A stretch of 64,000 nucleotides of DNA from Takakia lepidozioides (taxonomy: Eukaryota; Plantae; Bryophyta): positions 53,072,001-53,136,000 of the forward strand of contig CM060731.1 in assembly GCA_030704615.1 (NCBI GenBank). The letters run 5' to 3'. Shown piece by piece: positions 1-13,439 of this stretch. The notes under the pieces were generated by a model. That model was given only the letters and a program-made list of their open reading frames with translations. It did not search any database and was not told the DNA's origin. The translations under genes were made by a program, and so were the position numbers. Numbering within the stretch: position 1 is the first letter of the stretch; every line of letters starts with the position of its first letter.

Positions 1-265
1 TCATGCCTGTGAGCGTGGTTGTGTACTCTTCCGTGGGGAGTATGAGAATGTAGACATTTGCCCAGTGTGCCGTAGTTTCCGTTACATTCCAGGTCGTGGA
101 AGTGTGCCCAAGAAAGTATTGCGACACTTCCCTGTCATTCCAAGGTTGAAACGTATGTACCGATGTAAATCGATCGCTAACCTCATGACATGGCACGACA
201 GACATAAGAGCCAGGATGGGTTGGTTCGACATCCAGCTGATAGCAAAGCATGGAGACACATTGAC

Positions 266-992
266 TGTCGCGCACCTCACTTCGGTAAGCTCCCCTTCAA
301 GTCATAGTTACTCGCTTTGATGCGCGCGCCTGACTCCCAACCTGGCTGCCCGGGCCAACTTGGAGCTTCGGCTGCTCACCGGGACATAACGGTCCCCCTT
401 CGCTTCCCTCTAAACCCTCCACCTATTTGGGACTAGGAGAATTCCCTTTTGGTAGATGGCAGTCCGGAACAGCTCCCCACTCTTTGGTCGCTTTCCGGCT
501 CGTTCGCTTACTCACTAGTTTTTGGTCACCAACGGGCTTGCACCGTTCTCGGGGTTACTACTCCCTATAGATACTTCTGTAGCTGTCCGCGGGGGTTTCA
601 TAACCAGCCATGCCATTTTATGGCGAACCACCACGAAAACCCTCGACTCCCGGTGATGAGTCGCGGTGAGTCTTGGCCCACTCATCACGGCCCCTATGGA
701 CCGTGATGAGTCCCAAGGCTCCCCACGACTCCCACCACGAGGTCTCCGCCCCCATGGTGAGTCCTATGCCACCCCCACTAAGTCCCGCTAAGCTACCACC
801 ACCCCTTGTGGAGCCACCCCCACCGCAACCCGGTGTGCGGGGCTCCACCTAGTGAGCGCCTCCGCCTCCTTGAGTGCCTTGGGCACTCAAGGGTGCTTCT
901 GCCCCCCATACCTATCGCTGCCGATGCCCCCACTACAGGGGCAGCCCCTCATGTGTCCCGACCCCCTGCCCTCAAGGCAAAGGGCCGCGACA
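266..992 (-). repeat. 3' LTR of the chromovirus
   Basis: TGTCGCG...CGCGACA termini; direct repeat of 6358-7084 at offset 6092, with 3 substitutions noticed by eye. Confidence 0.96.
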
Positions 993-1004
993 CACACCCC
1001 TACC
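993..1004 (-). promoter_or_regulatory. Polypurine tract
   Basis: Minus strand GGTAGGGGTGTG directly abuts the 3' LTR. Confidence 0.75.
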
Positions 1005-1740
1005 AACAGGGAATCGATGTCCTCATCGACTTGTCCATTTTGTAGAAACGAACATCCAAGTTGTGGCGTCCCACATCAAGGAGTTTGTTTCCGCACCATG
1101 GCGTCCCGAATCGCCTTACTGCAACAACATTGCTTGCGATCGCTCATGATGCCGCTTTTGGCATCACCTTGAGCAAGGGTTCCCTGGAACCCTCTTTGAC
1201 TAGGAAGATAACCTTGAACCAACCGTGCGCCCCAATCACTACAATTGGGTCCGCCTTGGAATGCTGGCCTGAGGTACGGGATCACGCCGAAGCCGCACTA
1301 CGACTTCGTCCCGAGGCTACACGATTATAGTACGTGAACGGAAGCACGTAGCTTCCGCGTTAGCCCGCACTACAAGGCAACCCCCTCGGTAGCGCAGTTA
1401 TAGTACGCGCACGCGCCAGGTGCGCACTAGCACGTGAACTCCCAAAGAAGTCGCAAGTTTCCTTGCCCCTTGGATGGGGGTCACCCGATTTCGGCACTAC
1501 GCAAACACACGATTAACCCAATTTACCTCTCCCACTTTTATAAGCTAGCATGCATTCTACACACTAGCCAACCATACCATGCATCACCATTCCAAACAAA
1601 ATAGGACGCACAACATTTGGAACCCATTTCCTTTATAACAAATTTTTGTACAATACAAGTTTTTGTAATCGGATTCCTAAGCTAGCTAAGCTGGGCTAAG
1701 CATGCATTTCCTCCCCCACGCTCCAAGGTTGATGTCCCCA

Positions 1741-4700
1741 TCAACATTTCTTCCGCTTTTGAGGTCGCCATTCGAAAGCTGCAACCGCCTCGGATGCGTT
1801 TCCCATTTCTGAGGCACGCACCCAAGATGCCTCCACATGATGATAGCCCTTCCATTTGACGAGATACTCCGTTTCTCGGTTCTTGAACCTCCTCGACTTA
1901 AGTATTGCCTCCACCTCGTACTCAGGTTCATTTTCATGATCCAATAGCATAGGTGGCGGACGCAATACTTGATGCCGATTCGGACGCGCTTCATCTTTGA
2001 AGTAAGGCTTCAAAAGGGAGACATGGAATACTGGGTGCACCTTGCTGTTTGCCGGCAGCTCCAATTCATACACATCCTCATTCATAACCTTCTGAATGCG
2101 AAAGGGTCCCGCATACGGAGGTACGAACTTCAGACTCACTTCCGGAGGTAGTCGGAAATTTTTGATGTTCAACCAGACCTTGTGCCTGCCTCAAACTTCA
2201 CTCCCCTCCGCTTCCGATTCGCCTGTCTTTCATACCGTTTCCTGGCTTTGGCAATGTTGTACTTTGCGAGCTTCAACAAACGCTCGCGTTCTTCCAGTAC
2301 CGCCGCTACTGCCGGTTCCTCAACGTCCTGGGCGGCCCAATTTGTCGGCACCAGAGGTGCTTTTCCATAGACCAATACGAAAGGGGAAACTCCCGTTGCG
2401 GAGTGTTCTGTGTTATTATAACAGAACTCTGCCGCGTCTAAGTGTTCCACCCAGTCTGTTTGGTCTGCCGACACGTAATTCCGCAAGATCTGCTTCACTA
2501 CGGAATTCACCCTTTCTGTTTGGCCGTCGGTCGTAGGTCGGAAGGCGGTGCTCATCTTCAGCCTCGTCCCCATCTTCTTCCAAAGTGTCCTCCAAAATTT
2601 ACTCGTAAACTTTGGATCGCGATCCGAGACAATATCCTTCGGGACTCCATGATGCTTTAAGACGTGGGCGAAGTAAAGTCGCCCTGTCTCCTGCGCCGTT
2701 GCCGTCTCCTTGGTGGGGATGAAATGGCCCATTTTACTGAACCTATCCACCACCACCATGATTGCATCGAATCCTTTTGACAGCGGCATAGCAGTCATGA
2801 AATCCATCGAGACGCTTTCCCAAGTCCCCTCTGGAATCGGCAAGGGTTGTAACAGCCCCGCTTGCTTTTTGTACTCGCTCCGGTTTTGTTGGCATGTGGT
2901 GCATGTCTTGACATACTCCTCTGCCTCCTCCCTCAGTTTGGGCCAGAAATACTCTTTCTTCAAGAGTGCCGCAGTGCGCTTGGCTCCGCCGTGGCCCGCA
3001 AGCGGGCTATCATGGCATTCTCTCAAGAGGCTATCTCTGATCCCTCCCTTTGGCACGTAGAGACGTTTTTGCTTATACCGGAGCAGTCCATTTTGCAAGT
3101 GGAACTGCGATTTAATCCCCATCCTCAAGTCCTGCATCACGGACTTCGCCAGCTCATCCTTCCGGCAAGCCTTTCGGATCTTCCTTTGGAGCGCCGTCTC
3201 GCCCTTGTACACCAACAAGAGCTGCTGCTTTCTACTTAAAGCATCGGCCACCACGTTGTCTCGTCCCGGTTTGTACTGGATATCCACGTCGAACACCGCC
3301 AAAGTATCTTGCCACCTAAGTTGTTTTGGGGACAACTTGGGCTGCGTGGCAAAATACTTCACCGTGACATTGTCCGTGAACACCTTCACTGGGTTGGAAC
3401 CAACATAGTGGCGCCAAAGCTCAAGGCAATGCACCACCGCCTTCATCTCTTTTTCGTGCGTAGGCCACCGTCGCTCCACTTCATTCAGTTTCTTACTTTC
3501 GTAAGCTACTGGACGTCCATCTTGCATAAGTACACCCCCAATCGCGAAGTCCGACGCATCTGTATGAATCTCAAATGGACGATCGAACTCCGGGATTTTC
3601 AAGACTGGAGCTTCCGCCATCCGCTGCTTCAATTCAGCAAAAGCTTGGCCATTAAATGTGTTCCATACCCAGACTTTGGATTTACACAGAAGGTCCGACA
3701 GCGGCCCCGCGATCTTGGCGAAATTTCTTACATACTTCCGGTAATAGGAGGCGAGTCCTAGGAAGGATCGCACTCCCGGGACCGAAGTCGGAGGCTCCCA
3801 GTCCAAGATCGCCCTCACCTTTCTGTCATCCATTTTGATCCCATCCTGTGTAATCACATGCCCCAAGAACTCCACTTTCGTGACCCCAAATTCGCACTTT
3901 GAAGCTTTGGCGTACAGCTTCCTTTCCCGCAACTTTTGGAACACCCTTTTGAGGTGCTCCAGGTGCTCCTCCTTTGTTTTCGAGTACACCAAGATGTCGT
4001 CGATGTACACGATCACAAAGTCATCCAACCACTCCTGAAAAAGGTTGTTCATCAGCGTGCTAAAGGTCGCTGGTGCATTGGTGAGCCCAAAAGGCATCAC
4101 CAAGAACTCATATGAACCATACCTTGTCCTGCACGCGGTCTTCTCCTCATCTCCTTCCGCCACCCGAATTTGATGATAGCCGGAGCGCAAGTTGATCCGG
4201 CTGAAATACTTCGCTCCTGCCAACCGATCGAAGAGGTCGTCGATCCTTGGCAAAGGGTACCGGTTTTTGATAGTCACCTTATTCAGAGCCCTGTAATCGA
4301 CACACATCCGCAGCGTCCCATCCTTCTTGTCTGCGAATAGCACCGGGGCTCCGTAAGGTGACTTATTCGGCCGGATGTACCCCTTTGACATTAGATCCTT
4401 GAGCTGAGTCTTCAGCTCGACCAACTCTCTGTGGCTCAACCGGTAGGGCGCCTTGGCAGGCGGTTCTGATCCCGGTATCACCTCAATCTTGTGGTCAACT
4501 CCTCTTCGCGGTGGCAAGCCGCTTGGTAAATCCTCCGGCATCACATCCTGGTATTTCTCCAAAATCCCCTTGATCCAATTTGGGCTCGGCTCCCCATCGC
4601 CTTCTCCCTTCACTTCTCTAATGTAAAGCAAAAACTGGGGTTCGTGTGCCTCCTCCACGGCCCACTCCCTTGCTGACAGAAGGTTTATTCGCCCTCCCAC

Positions 4701-6302
4701 GGATTTGGGCGTTTCCGACATTCATAAGACCTCGCCACCATTCCCACATGGCAGCGTGACTACTCTCTTGCGGCCATCTATGACCGCTCCGGATTTACTC
4801 AAAAAGGTCATCCCCAAAATGAGATCTACTCCATCGATCTCGCAGATGGTGAAGTTCTCACGTCCCTCCCAACTCCCCAGTTGAAGAGGAACATTAAACG
4901 CCAATCTTGTCGCCAACTGTGGTTCTCCTTTGGCAGAACGCACCTCAATAGAGGCCCCCACGTCACTTGTCGGGAGTCCCAGCTTTTGTGCCGCCGCCGG
5001 TGTCATGAAGGAGTGCGACGCTCCTGTGTCCACCAACAACGACACATTAGTTCCGGATATTATCCCATCCACGAACAATAACTGACTCCCTTTACGCAGG
5101 GCGCCAGTTTCCTGATACAACTCACAAGAATAGTTGCCTACCTTGCAAGTCCTGGCGACCACCGCTTCCACCAACCGACTGATGGTATCTTCCGACAGCT
5201 CCGTGGTCGCCCGAGTCATGTTCAATTGCCGGGGCTTCGTGCACTTCTTGGCCATGTGCCCGGGCTCCCCGCAATTGAAACACACTCCATCAAAGGTCGC
5301 CTTCTGTCCGCCATAAGCCGCTCCACCCGCTTTTCATTTCGAAGCACCGGGTGCCGCCTTGACGTGTGAAGGCCCTCCCTTCGATTTCCACATGCCATTA
5401 TCGCCGCGTGGCCTATCCCACTTCTTTTCCGGTCGGAAGGAGTCACCTTCCCGCCGGGTCTTCTTGTGGTTCAGCTCCGTACGGCCTTGTCTCTCACCCC
5501 TAGGGACATCCGAGAAACATTCAGCCCTCTCAATTGCCTCGTTCAAAGTCTTGGGTGGCTTCTCCTCCAACTTCCGCCTGGCCCATGGGGCCAGTCCCGC
5601 CACAAAGTTGAAGACCATTTCTGGTTCTGCCATGTCCGCGACTTCGAGCAACAGCACATTGAAAGCCTGGACATACCCCCGAATGTCATCTGTTTGCTTC
5701 AAATTCCTCATCTTGTCCCAGGCAAGCCAGGACGCGTTGAGGGGCACAAACTGTCTCTTCATCAATTCCTTGAACCCACTCCAGTTCAAGGTTTCCGGGC
5801 TTGGGCCTCGGTCGTGAAGGCGTTTCTGCCACCATTGTTGAGCATAGCCCCTCAAATAGGTAGGAGCCACTTCCACCCGATCCTCGTCACTCAACTTGGC
5901 CGCCCGGAAGTACTGCTCTAGCTCCAGGAGCTAGGTGTTGAGTGCCTTCCGATTTCGAACGCCCTCGAAGGTGTCGGGTTCCTTAGGCTTCACCTTAAAC
6001 TTTGCCTTGGTGGAAGTGGCATTAGCCGCCTTCAACACGTCTTTCAACGTCCCGCCAAACTGCGCCAACAACCCTTCCCAAAAGGCTGCCGGCATGGGAG
6101 GCATCTCTTGGTTTGTCGGAGCTCTCAAGGATTCCTCGGGCTCAAACTCCTCGGATTTCTCCCGCTCTTGAGCGGCCTCGTTTTCGGAAACATTCATCGC
6201 TTCCTCAAACGGCCGCCTCGGTGACACGTCGCCCCCATCGGGCTCACCAGGATCATCATCTTTTGGGCCGTTCCGCTTTCGCTTTGGCTTGCCCGACCCC
6301 AT
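1741..6302 (-). pseudogene. gag-pol polyprotein with C-terminal chromodomain, disrupted
   Basis: Gag (KPKEPDTFEG), zinc knuckle CFNCGEPGHMAKKC, protease LVDTGASH, RT YIDD, RNase H TDASD, IN zinc finger H..H..CTTC, IN core DRD..GQTER, GPF motif, chromodomain EYEVEAIL..YLVKWKGY..SW. In-frame stops at 5931-5933, 5334-5336 and 4722-4724; 1-nt deletion near 2183; RT motif reads RINLRSGY instead of xIDLRSGY. Confidence 0.95.
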
Positions 6303-6343
6303 GATGAGGCCAATCCCAAGGACGATCGCGTACTGAACTCTAA

Positions 6344-6355
6344 GCTCTGATACCA
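6344..6355 (-). promoter_or_regulatory. Primer-binding site (tRNA-iMet)
   Basis: Minus strand TGGTATCAGAGC, 2 nt inside the 5' LTR. Confidence 0.93.
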
Positions 6356-6357
6356 AG

Positions 6358-7084
6358 TGTCGCGCACCTCACTTCGGTAAGCTCCCCTTCAAGTCATAGT
6401 TACTCGCTTTGATGCGCGCGCCTGACTCCCAACCTGGCCGCCCGGGCCAACTTGGAGCTTCGGCTGCTCACCGGGACATAACGGTCCCCCTTCGCTTCCC
6501 TCTAAACCCTCCACCTATTTGGGACTAGGAGAATTCCCTTTTGGTAGATGGCAGTCCGGAACAGCTCCCCACTCTTTGGTCGCTTTCCGGCTCGTTCGCT
6601 TACTCACTAGTTTTTGGTCACCAACGGGCTTGCACCGTTCTCGGGGTTACTACTCCCTATAGATACTTCTGTAGCTGTCCGCGGGGGTTTCATAACCAGC
6701 CATGCCATTTTATGGCGAACCACCACGAAAACCCTCGACTCCCGGTGATGAGTCGCGGTGAGTCTTGGCCCACTCATCACGGCCCCTATGGACCGTGATG
6801 AGTCCCAAGGCTCCCCACGACTCCCACCACGAGGTCTCCGCCCCCATGGTGAGTCCTATGCCACCCCCACTAAGTCCCGCTAAGCTACCACCACCCCTTG
6901 TGGAGCCACCCCCACCGCAACCCGGTGTGCGGGGCTCCACCTAGTGAGCGCCTCCGCCTCCTTGAGTGCCTTGGGCACTCAAGGGTGCTTCAGCCCCCCA
7001 TACCTATCGCTGCCGATGCCCCCACTACAGGGGCAGCCCCTCATGTGTCCCGACCCCCTGCCCTCAAGGCAAAGGGCCACGACA
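6358..7084 (-). repeat. 5' LTR of the chromovirus
   Basis: Near-identical to 266-992 and adjacent to the PBS. Confidence 0.96.
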
Positions 7085-10000
7085 TTGACACCACATTTCA
7101 GGATTTTGCTGCAGAGCCACGATCTCTGCGATTTGGATTGGCCTTAGACGGTGTAAATCCCTACGGAGCTCAATCCACAAGTTGGAGCACATGGCCCGTT
7201 CTCTTGGTCAATTACAATCTGCCTCCGTGGTTAATGACCAAAAAGTTCTTTGTCATGTTAGCGCTACTGATTCCTGGTAAGGAGTCTGTTACCTCGGACA
7301 ACGTAGATGTTTACCTGATGCCCCTAGTGGAAGAGCTACTAGAACTATGCAGAGGGATTGCAGCTCATGATGTTTCCCGTCCTAGTGGTCAACGCGAATT
7401 CACACCGAGGGCAGTGTTGATGTGGTCAATCCATGACTACCCTGCATATGGCTTGCTCTCAGGTCAAGTGACGAAAGGTTATGCTGGTTGTCCAGCTTGT
7501 GGACCCGGGGTGACTTCACAGCAGTTACACACATGTGGAAAAATTGTTTTCCTAGGCCACCAAAGATTTTTGGCCCGCAATCATCCATATAGAAGGTCAA
7601 GAATGTTCAATGGCGCTACTGAGCATGGAACTCCTCCAAAAACGCAGACTGGAACACAAATCAAGGAGCTTGCAACAGCTCGCACTGCATGGGTGGAAAA
7701 CGGAGGGACACCAGATAGCAGGACAGACCCAGCAAAAACTCATGGAGTTAAGCGATTGTCAATTTTATATGTCTTACCTTATTGGGAGGTAATTCCTTCT
7801 TGGCCTTTAAATTGGCTGTGTACATTTTTGCGTTTTCTGTTTAAACTGTGATGAGTAAATGCTCAATTGCTTATGTGTTCATTTTGTAGGGTCTCCTCAT
7901 CCGCCACACGTTTGACGCAATGCATTGCGAGAAGAACTTAGCTGAAAATATTATTAAGACTATCTTTGGTGATAAAGACACATTGAAAGTTCGCCGTGAT
8001 TTGGAGCTACTTGGGATGCGCCCGGAATTGTGGCTACAACGTGATCCTGACAGAGCAGATACGTTAATTATGCCTCCTGCCCCTTATGTCCTCACTGAGG
8101 CTGAGTTACAAGTCTTTCTGGAGATTGTGCAGAACTTGAAAGTGCCAACAGGCTATGCATCAGCTTTCAAAAAGCATGTGGTGAAGAAGAAGTTGTCTAG
8201 CATGAAATCACATGACTATCATGTGCTCATGCAACAAATTATACCGCTTGCTATCCGTGGGCTCATGGCAAGTGGTCCTCGAAGGGCCATTTTGCGAGTA
8301 TGTCGTGTATTTAAGAAGTTGTGTGCAAAAGTGGTGAATCCTGTAGAGTATGAGGAATTGAGAACTGAGGCAGTTCTCACTCTGTGTCTTATAGAGAAGA
8401 AGTTCCCACCATCATTTTTTGATGTGATGACACATCTGGTTGTTCACCTAGTGGATGAGTTGTACTTATGCGGGCCCGTAGCATCTCGTTGGATGTACGC
8501 CATGGAGCGGGCAATGAAAGATATGAAGGGCTACGTAAGAAACATGGCAAGGCCCGAGGGGAGCATGGCAGAAGGATACCAATTTGAAGAAGCATTGGGT
8601 TTTTGCACAGAGTATATGGCAGGATTTGATGGAAGTGTATGAAGGGTGTGGGATGCAGATGAGGCAGAATCTGTGGAACGTGAAGTTGTGGAAGGAAGTT
8701 CTAAAGCCCGAAAATTGAATGACCTGTGTGATATTGTACATGAGTACATCATTCAGAACCATCCTCGTCTGTCAGTCATGTTGGGGTAAGAAATCTACTT
8801 CATTGACATTCAGATTTCCAAGTTTTAGTCATTTATCATTAGTTGGCATATGGCGTCTTTTCAAATCTCCCACGCCACCTCTGTCAATCTCCTGGCTGAC
8901 CCTCGGATTGTGACAGGATATATGAAGCAGAGTCCACACGGATAGAAGCCAGACGACGCTTGTTTCGTGAGGAGCAAGGGCTGGAAAACATAAGCAATCC
9001 CACGGCAATTCAGTACCCTCCTGATTTGCATCCTTGTCCTCCATTTGCTGTTTGGCTCCCTCAAGGTGTACGAGATCATTTCTCAATTCAATCAGATGGG
9101 CTTGATCCTACAACACGTGAGGAATTACTGGATCTTTCAAGGCCTCCATCATTTACTGCCCTGTCATTCAAGAGTATGACAGCGTATGGTAACCATTACA
9201 GGGTTACATCCCCCGGCATGAACACAACAAGTATGGTGTCTTTTGATTGTGGAGTCTCATCTGTTTTCCAGCACCAGCCCAATACCAACAATTCAGGCAA
9301 TGACATGGAGGAACCTACAAGATATGTGGGTCTTATAAGGGAGATTTTGCAAATTGACTATGGCCAAACACAGCCTATAGTGTTTTTGTGTTCGTGGGTA
9401 CGGGCGAGTCGCGTGGGTCGTCAACCTATGTCAATGAAGCAGGATGATGTTGGCTTCACACTTGTCAATTTTAACCGTATGCTTCCACCTTCTGAGCAAC
9501 CTTTTGTGTTTCCTGGCCAGGTTGATCAAGTGTTTTTTTTCTGATTGTGTGAAGGAGTCGGGGTGGAAAGTCGTCTTGGAGAAGAGCCCCCGAGCACGTA
9601 GAGTGGTCTGCGACATATCAATTGATAATGATGATGTGGCGGAAGTGGAAGGATTGTTAGCCCCACAAAGACTAGATGAGACTCTGGTTACTGATGGCCC
9701 AACATGCAGCCGAGCGGTACCGGTTACTCCAGAGCAGGTGGCCTCCTTGTACCTCCGAGCACCCCGTATACGTGGTGATGATGTTCAGCCAACCCTTGGA
9801 CAAGATCAAGTCTGTGATGAAGACAGTGATACATGTAGTGACCCAGACATAGATGAGGATGATGAAGATTAGATATGCTAGATTTGTGCACTCCAGTTAT
9901 AGACCATGCATGATAGTTTAAGGTGGTAACACTCCCTTCGCATTCCCATTAAGATATCATGCTTGGACACTGGATTTTATGATCAATTATGGAGTGCTTT

Positions 10001-10099
10001 CCTTTCAGCACCCTTTATTCATTTGTTGTTGCAATTGGCTTTGGACCAACCCGTGCTGGTACCGTTGCCATGGGTTCTGCCTGCAATGTTTTCTTGTCA

Positions 10100-11960
10100 T
10101 GGATTCGGCACACGCCACGAAAGGCCATCCAGACCATCCTCTGGAAATGCTCCAATGTTGTTTCAAACATCTCCACATTGCAATGGATACAACACTGACA
10201 TTAGATGAGTGAAAGTGAGACTAGATCTCCAGCCAGCCGGCTTTCCCACATCAAATTGAAGGGGATCTGTAGATTATAGATAACAGCTGTTGCCTTCTCA
10301 ATGTCTTTTCCAATCACCTCTGCAATGAACTGGGGTATAAGATCCTTCAAATCACAAGTTTGAGCATCACGCACAAGCCACTTACGGGGATAGAGTTTCC
10401 AATGCGAACCAGTGGTCTTTTATTGATAACATTGTTGTAAAATACATGGACCAACATGGTCAATTTCGGGAATGACATATAGTACGCTTTCATGTACTAT
10501 GTAAGCATGCAACTATGTACCAGTGACATGGCTTGTTCGTCACTTAACCTGTTTGCCCATTCAGCCATCTCCACATTGTCATGGATTTTGCATGCTGGAT
10601 TGTGAGGCCATCCACACCGTCCTCTGGAAATGCTATCATGGGGTTTCAGCTATGTCCACATTTCCCTGGATTATGCCTGCACAAAGCAAGGCCAACTGCA
10701 TTCAGCACCCTCCACTTTATTATAGTATTGCAGCAACATTCAAAGCACTTCAATTTGTATCCATCGAAAACATCTAGGCTGGAAAAAGACATTGTTGCAG
10801 CAGAACTTAGGAAAGTACTTCTCCCCTTCCATTACACACGTGAAATGAAAGAAGCCAACCAACAACATACCAGCCAAGAAAATATGAAACCAGCCAAGAA
10901 AAGAGCCGATATATGCAGTGAAGGTCGACACTAAATGAAACTTATCCAACACTTACATTAGAGGAGGGAAGCTAAGTCTTACCTCCATAAGCTTGCCCAC
11001 ATCAAATTTGGGAGCTTTCAGAATTTTTCCTTTCCGGTTGAATGAACTTGGCTACAAGATCCTTCAAATCACAAGTTTGAGCTTCACACACAATGAACTT
11101 ACAGGGATTGAGCTTCCAATGCGAACCAGAAGTCTTATATTGATAGCATTGTTGTAAAACACATGGACCAACAATGACAGTCTCTGGAATGACATATAGT
11201 ACAGTTTTTTGTAGTATGTCGCACACAACTATGTACCAGTGACGTGGCTTCTTTGCCACTTGCCTCCTTTGCCCATTCAGCCATCTCCACATTGCCACGG
11301 ACTCTGCATGCACCACGCAAGGCCATCCACACCATCCTCTGGAAATGCTATAATCAGCCATCTCCACATTGCAATGGATTCTATCCGCACCAAGCAAGGC
11401 CAACTGCATTCAGTAGCCTCCACTTTATTATGGTATTGCAGCAACATTAAAAGCACTTCAATTAATATCCAACAAGAACATGTAGGCTGGAAAACAAAAA
11501 TTATTGCAGCAGAACTTACGTTCGTACTCCTCCCCTTCCACTACACACGGGCAATTTAACCCCTGGTACCTCAACATGCTCCCCTTCAAGCTCTTCCAAC
11601 TCACCAACATGTCGCTCTATCTTTGCTCCCACCTCCTCAGTGTATGTGATCCCCATGAAAGCAGCCAAGCAACAAGATACCAGCCAAGAAAACAGCCAAT
11701 GTATGCAGTGAACGTCGACACTAAACTGAAACTTATCCAGCACTTAAATTAGAGGAGGGAAGCGAGTTCTACCTCCATAAGCTTGCCCACATCAACTCTG
11801 GGAGCTTTCATAGTATTTACTTTGTGGATGAAGGTGTTCTGTATATGATACATACTGGCTGATATCTTCTCAATGTCTTTTCCAATCACCTCTGGAATGA
11901 ACTTGGCTACAAGAACCTTCAAATCACAAGTTTGAGCTTCATGCACAATGATCTCCCTCA
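10100..11960. repeat. Degenerate ~720-850-bp tandem triplication containing an RPS3a exon
   Basis: CCTTCAAATCACAAGTTTGAGC recurs near 10344, 11061 and 11916; TTAGAGGAGGGAAGC near 10958 and 11749; CATCTCCACATTG near 10168, 10566, 11282 and 11359. Confidence 0.8.
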
Positions 11961-12540
11961 TCTTCCACCGAAGCAAGCCGAGACATGGTAACACTAACAT
12001 CAGGCTGCATATCGCGAAACTGGTGAAGGACCTGCATGGAAATACTGGCTGCATACAATGTTTTGCAGTGTTCCTGACAAACAACCACCATTGCAACCGT
12101 CATGTTCTATGGAAATTTCTGTCTCTGTCTCTGTCTCTCTCATTCTCTCTTTCTCACTCACACATGAACCTCAGAAATGGACATCAGAGACCTGAAATGC
12201 CTTCATTATCCCCAAAAACTATTGGCTGGTGTACTTGAGGTTCTATTTCTTTCAGAGACTGCCATTCAACTTCTAAGAATTGCATCATTTTGTCGAAGAG
12301 CCCTAGAAATTGTCTAACATTTTTGAAATTGTGCGTAGCAAGTGCGCTTAATGTGGTTGGGTCGCTTCTTTGTGAAGCCAATGCAGAAAATCCGCAATAT
12401 GTAATTGTCTGTTGTTTTCACATCCACATGTGACTCTATCAGACTCTACCATTTCCACACCAGCCTCCATCAACTTGTCTGTAGTGAAATTTATTCCCTG
12501 GACCAATCCCAAGTCAATTTACAACACGGCCTTTAACCCT
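11545..12540 (-). pseudogene. RPS3A: 40S ribosomal protein S3a (eS1) gene fragment, frameshifted
   Basis: GINFTTDKL / [44 protein letters not shown] (~12540-12325); [46 protein letters not shown] (~11970-11770); intron-like gap; then YTEEVGAKIER (~11656-11555). Confidence 0.9.
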
Positions 12541-12779
12541 GACAACAAAAAAAACTCACTTTAGAGTGCCAAAAGACACAGATTTACCAAGCTCCTCAAA
12601 ACAGTCTAAGGGGGGCAGCATAATATACATGTTGCCCTCACATGTTGCCCTCATGTTGCCCTCACAGTGGCTTTATTTAAAATTCACTCCTCCTCTGAAC
12701 GACATATGAACCTATGGATTTCCCTCTCCATGCCCTGCCCTGCCCTGCACTCTCTCTCCATCTCTCTCTCGGCATGGAT

Positions 12780-13350
12780 AACTGAAGGAGCAGGGGTGGA
12801 CTAGTGTGGGTTCAGATTCGTCCGACAGAGCTAGATTTGAAGCACAAAGCTACGTAATATGTCGATTCGCTGCCCTGCCCCCTTTAATTAAACCGATGAG
12901 ACATTTTAGCATAAAGATGAAAAAGCGTGGAAGCAGGTAGGTAGGTACACGTTCACCTTATCCAAACTGGATTTAAGCGAGACATTTTATTATGCAACGC
13001 GGCCTGCCTCGTCAACATGTATGTTAAGTGCGAGAGCATCGCTGAATACTCACCAAATGTGGGAGCTCTCTGTTGCTGGCTGGCTGGCTGCTGCGGCAGC
13101 GGCAGCCTGCTTGCTCCAGCTCGTGAGCGACCTACCAACCACCCCCCCAAACAGTGAGCACACCACTAGCTACCCTCTCCCTGTCCTTGCCTCTCCCTCT
13201 CCCTGCCGCGCCCTCCCTCTCCCTTTCTCTTGGCAGGAATAGCTGAAGAAGCAAGGATGGAATGTGGGTTCAGATTCATGCAAGAGGGCTGCATTTCAAG
13301 CACAAAACTACCTATGATTCTTTGCCCTGCCCCCTATAAACCAAGGAAAC
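12780..13350. repeat. ~110-bp degenerate direct repeat pair (about 12780-12890 and 13240-13350)
   Basis: CTGAAG..GCA.G..TGG..TGTGGGTTCAGATTC..AAGCACAAA.CTAC..GCCCTGCCCC occurs twice. Confidence 0.7.
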
Positions 13351-13439
13351 AATTCAGCAGATTTAGATACTTAGCTTTGTCTCTTGCATGAGTAGCTTGG
13401 AATCTGATGGGCATGTTAAGTGAAGGAGCATTGTTGTTG

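Larger units (their letters stand above)
266..7084 (-). mobile_element. Full-length chromoviral Ty3/Gypsy LTR retrotransposon
   Basis: Two 727-bp LTRs (TG..CA), 5-bp TSD TTGAC at 261-265 and 7085-7089, tRNA-iMet PBS, PPT, and gag-PR-RT-RH-IN-chromodomain order. Removing it restores the CACTA frame (..RHID/TTFQ..). Confidence 0.97.
1..9872 (+). pseudogene. CACTA/En-Spm TnpD-like transposase (Transposase_21 + DUF4218 + DUF4216-like), interrupted by a Ty3/Gypsy insertion; 5' end lies outside the window
   Basis: Reads HACERGC..CPVC..KKVLRHFPVIPRLKRMY..HPADSKAWRHID, then after the LTR element TTFQDFAAEPRSLRFGLALDGVNPY..WSIHDYPAY..LPYWE. Introns 7789-7889 and 8786-8916. Continues DAMHCEKN, MKSHDYH, FPPSFFDVMTHLVVHL, RWMYAMER, PFVFPGQVDQVFF. 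Lesions: TGA at 8640-8642 and a poly-T frameshift near 9540. Confidence 0.93.

Noticed and set aside
449-1330. Short ORFs in the LTR and 3' UTR, partly duplicated at 6541-7147
   Set aside because: GC-rich LTR sequence with no recognisable domain; the duplication simply reflects the two LTRs.
4722-5933. Programmed stop read-through in gag-pol
   Set aside because: Three stops at non-canonical positions, a frameshift and a catalytic mutation are better explained as decay.
6898-7851. 317-aa ORF as a novel fusion gene
   Set aside because: Chance in-frame read-through from antisense LTR sequence (non-ATG start) into the interrupted CACTA exon and on into its intron.
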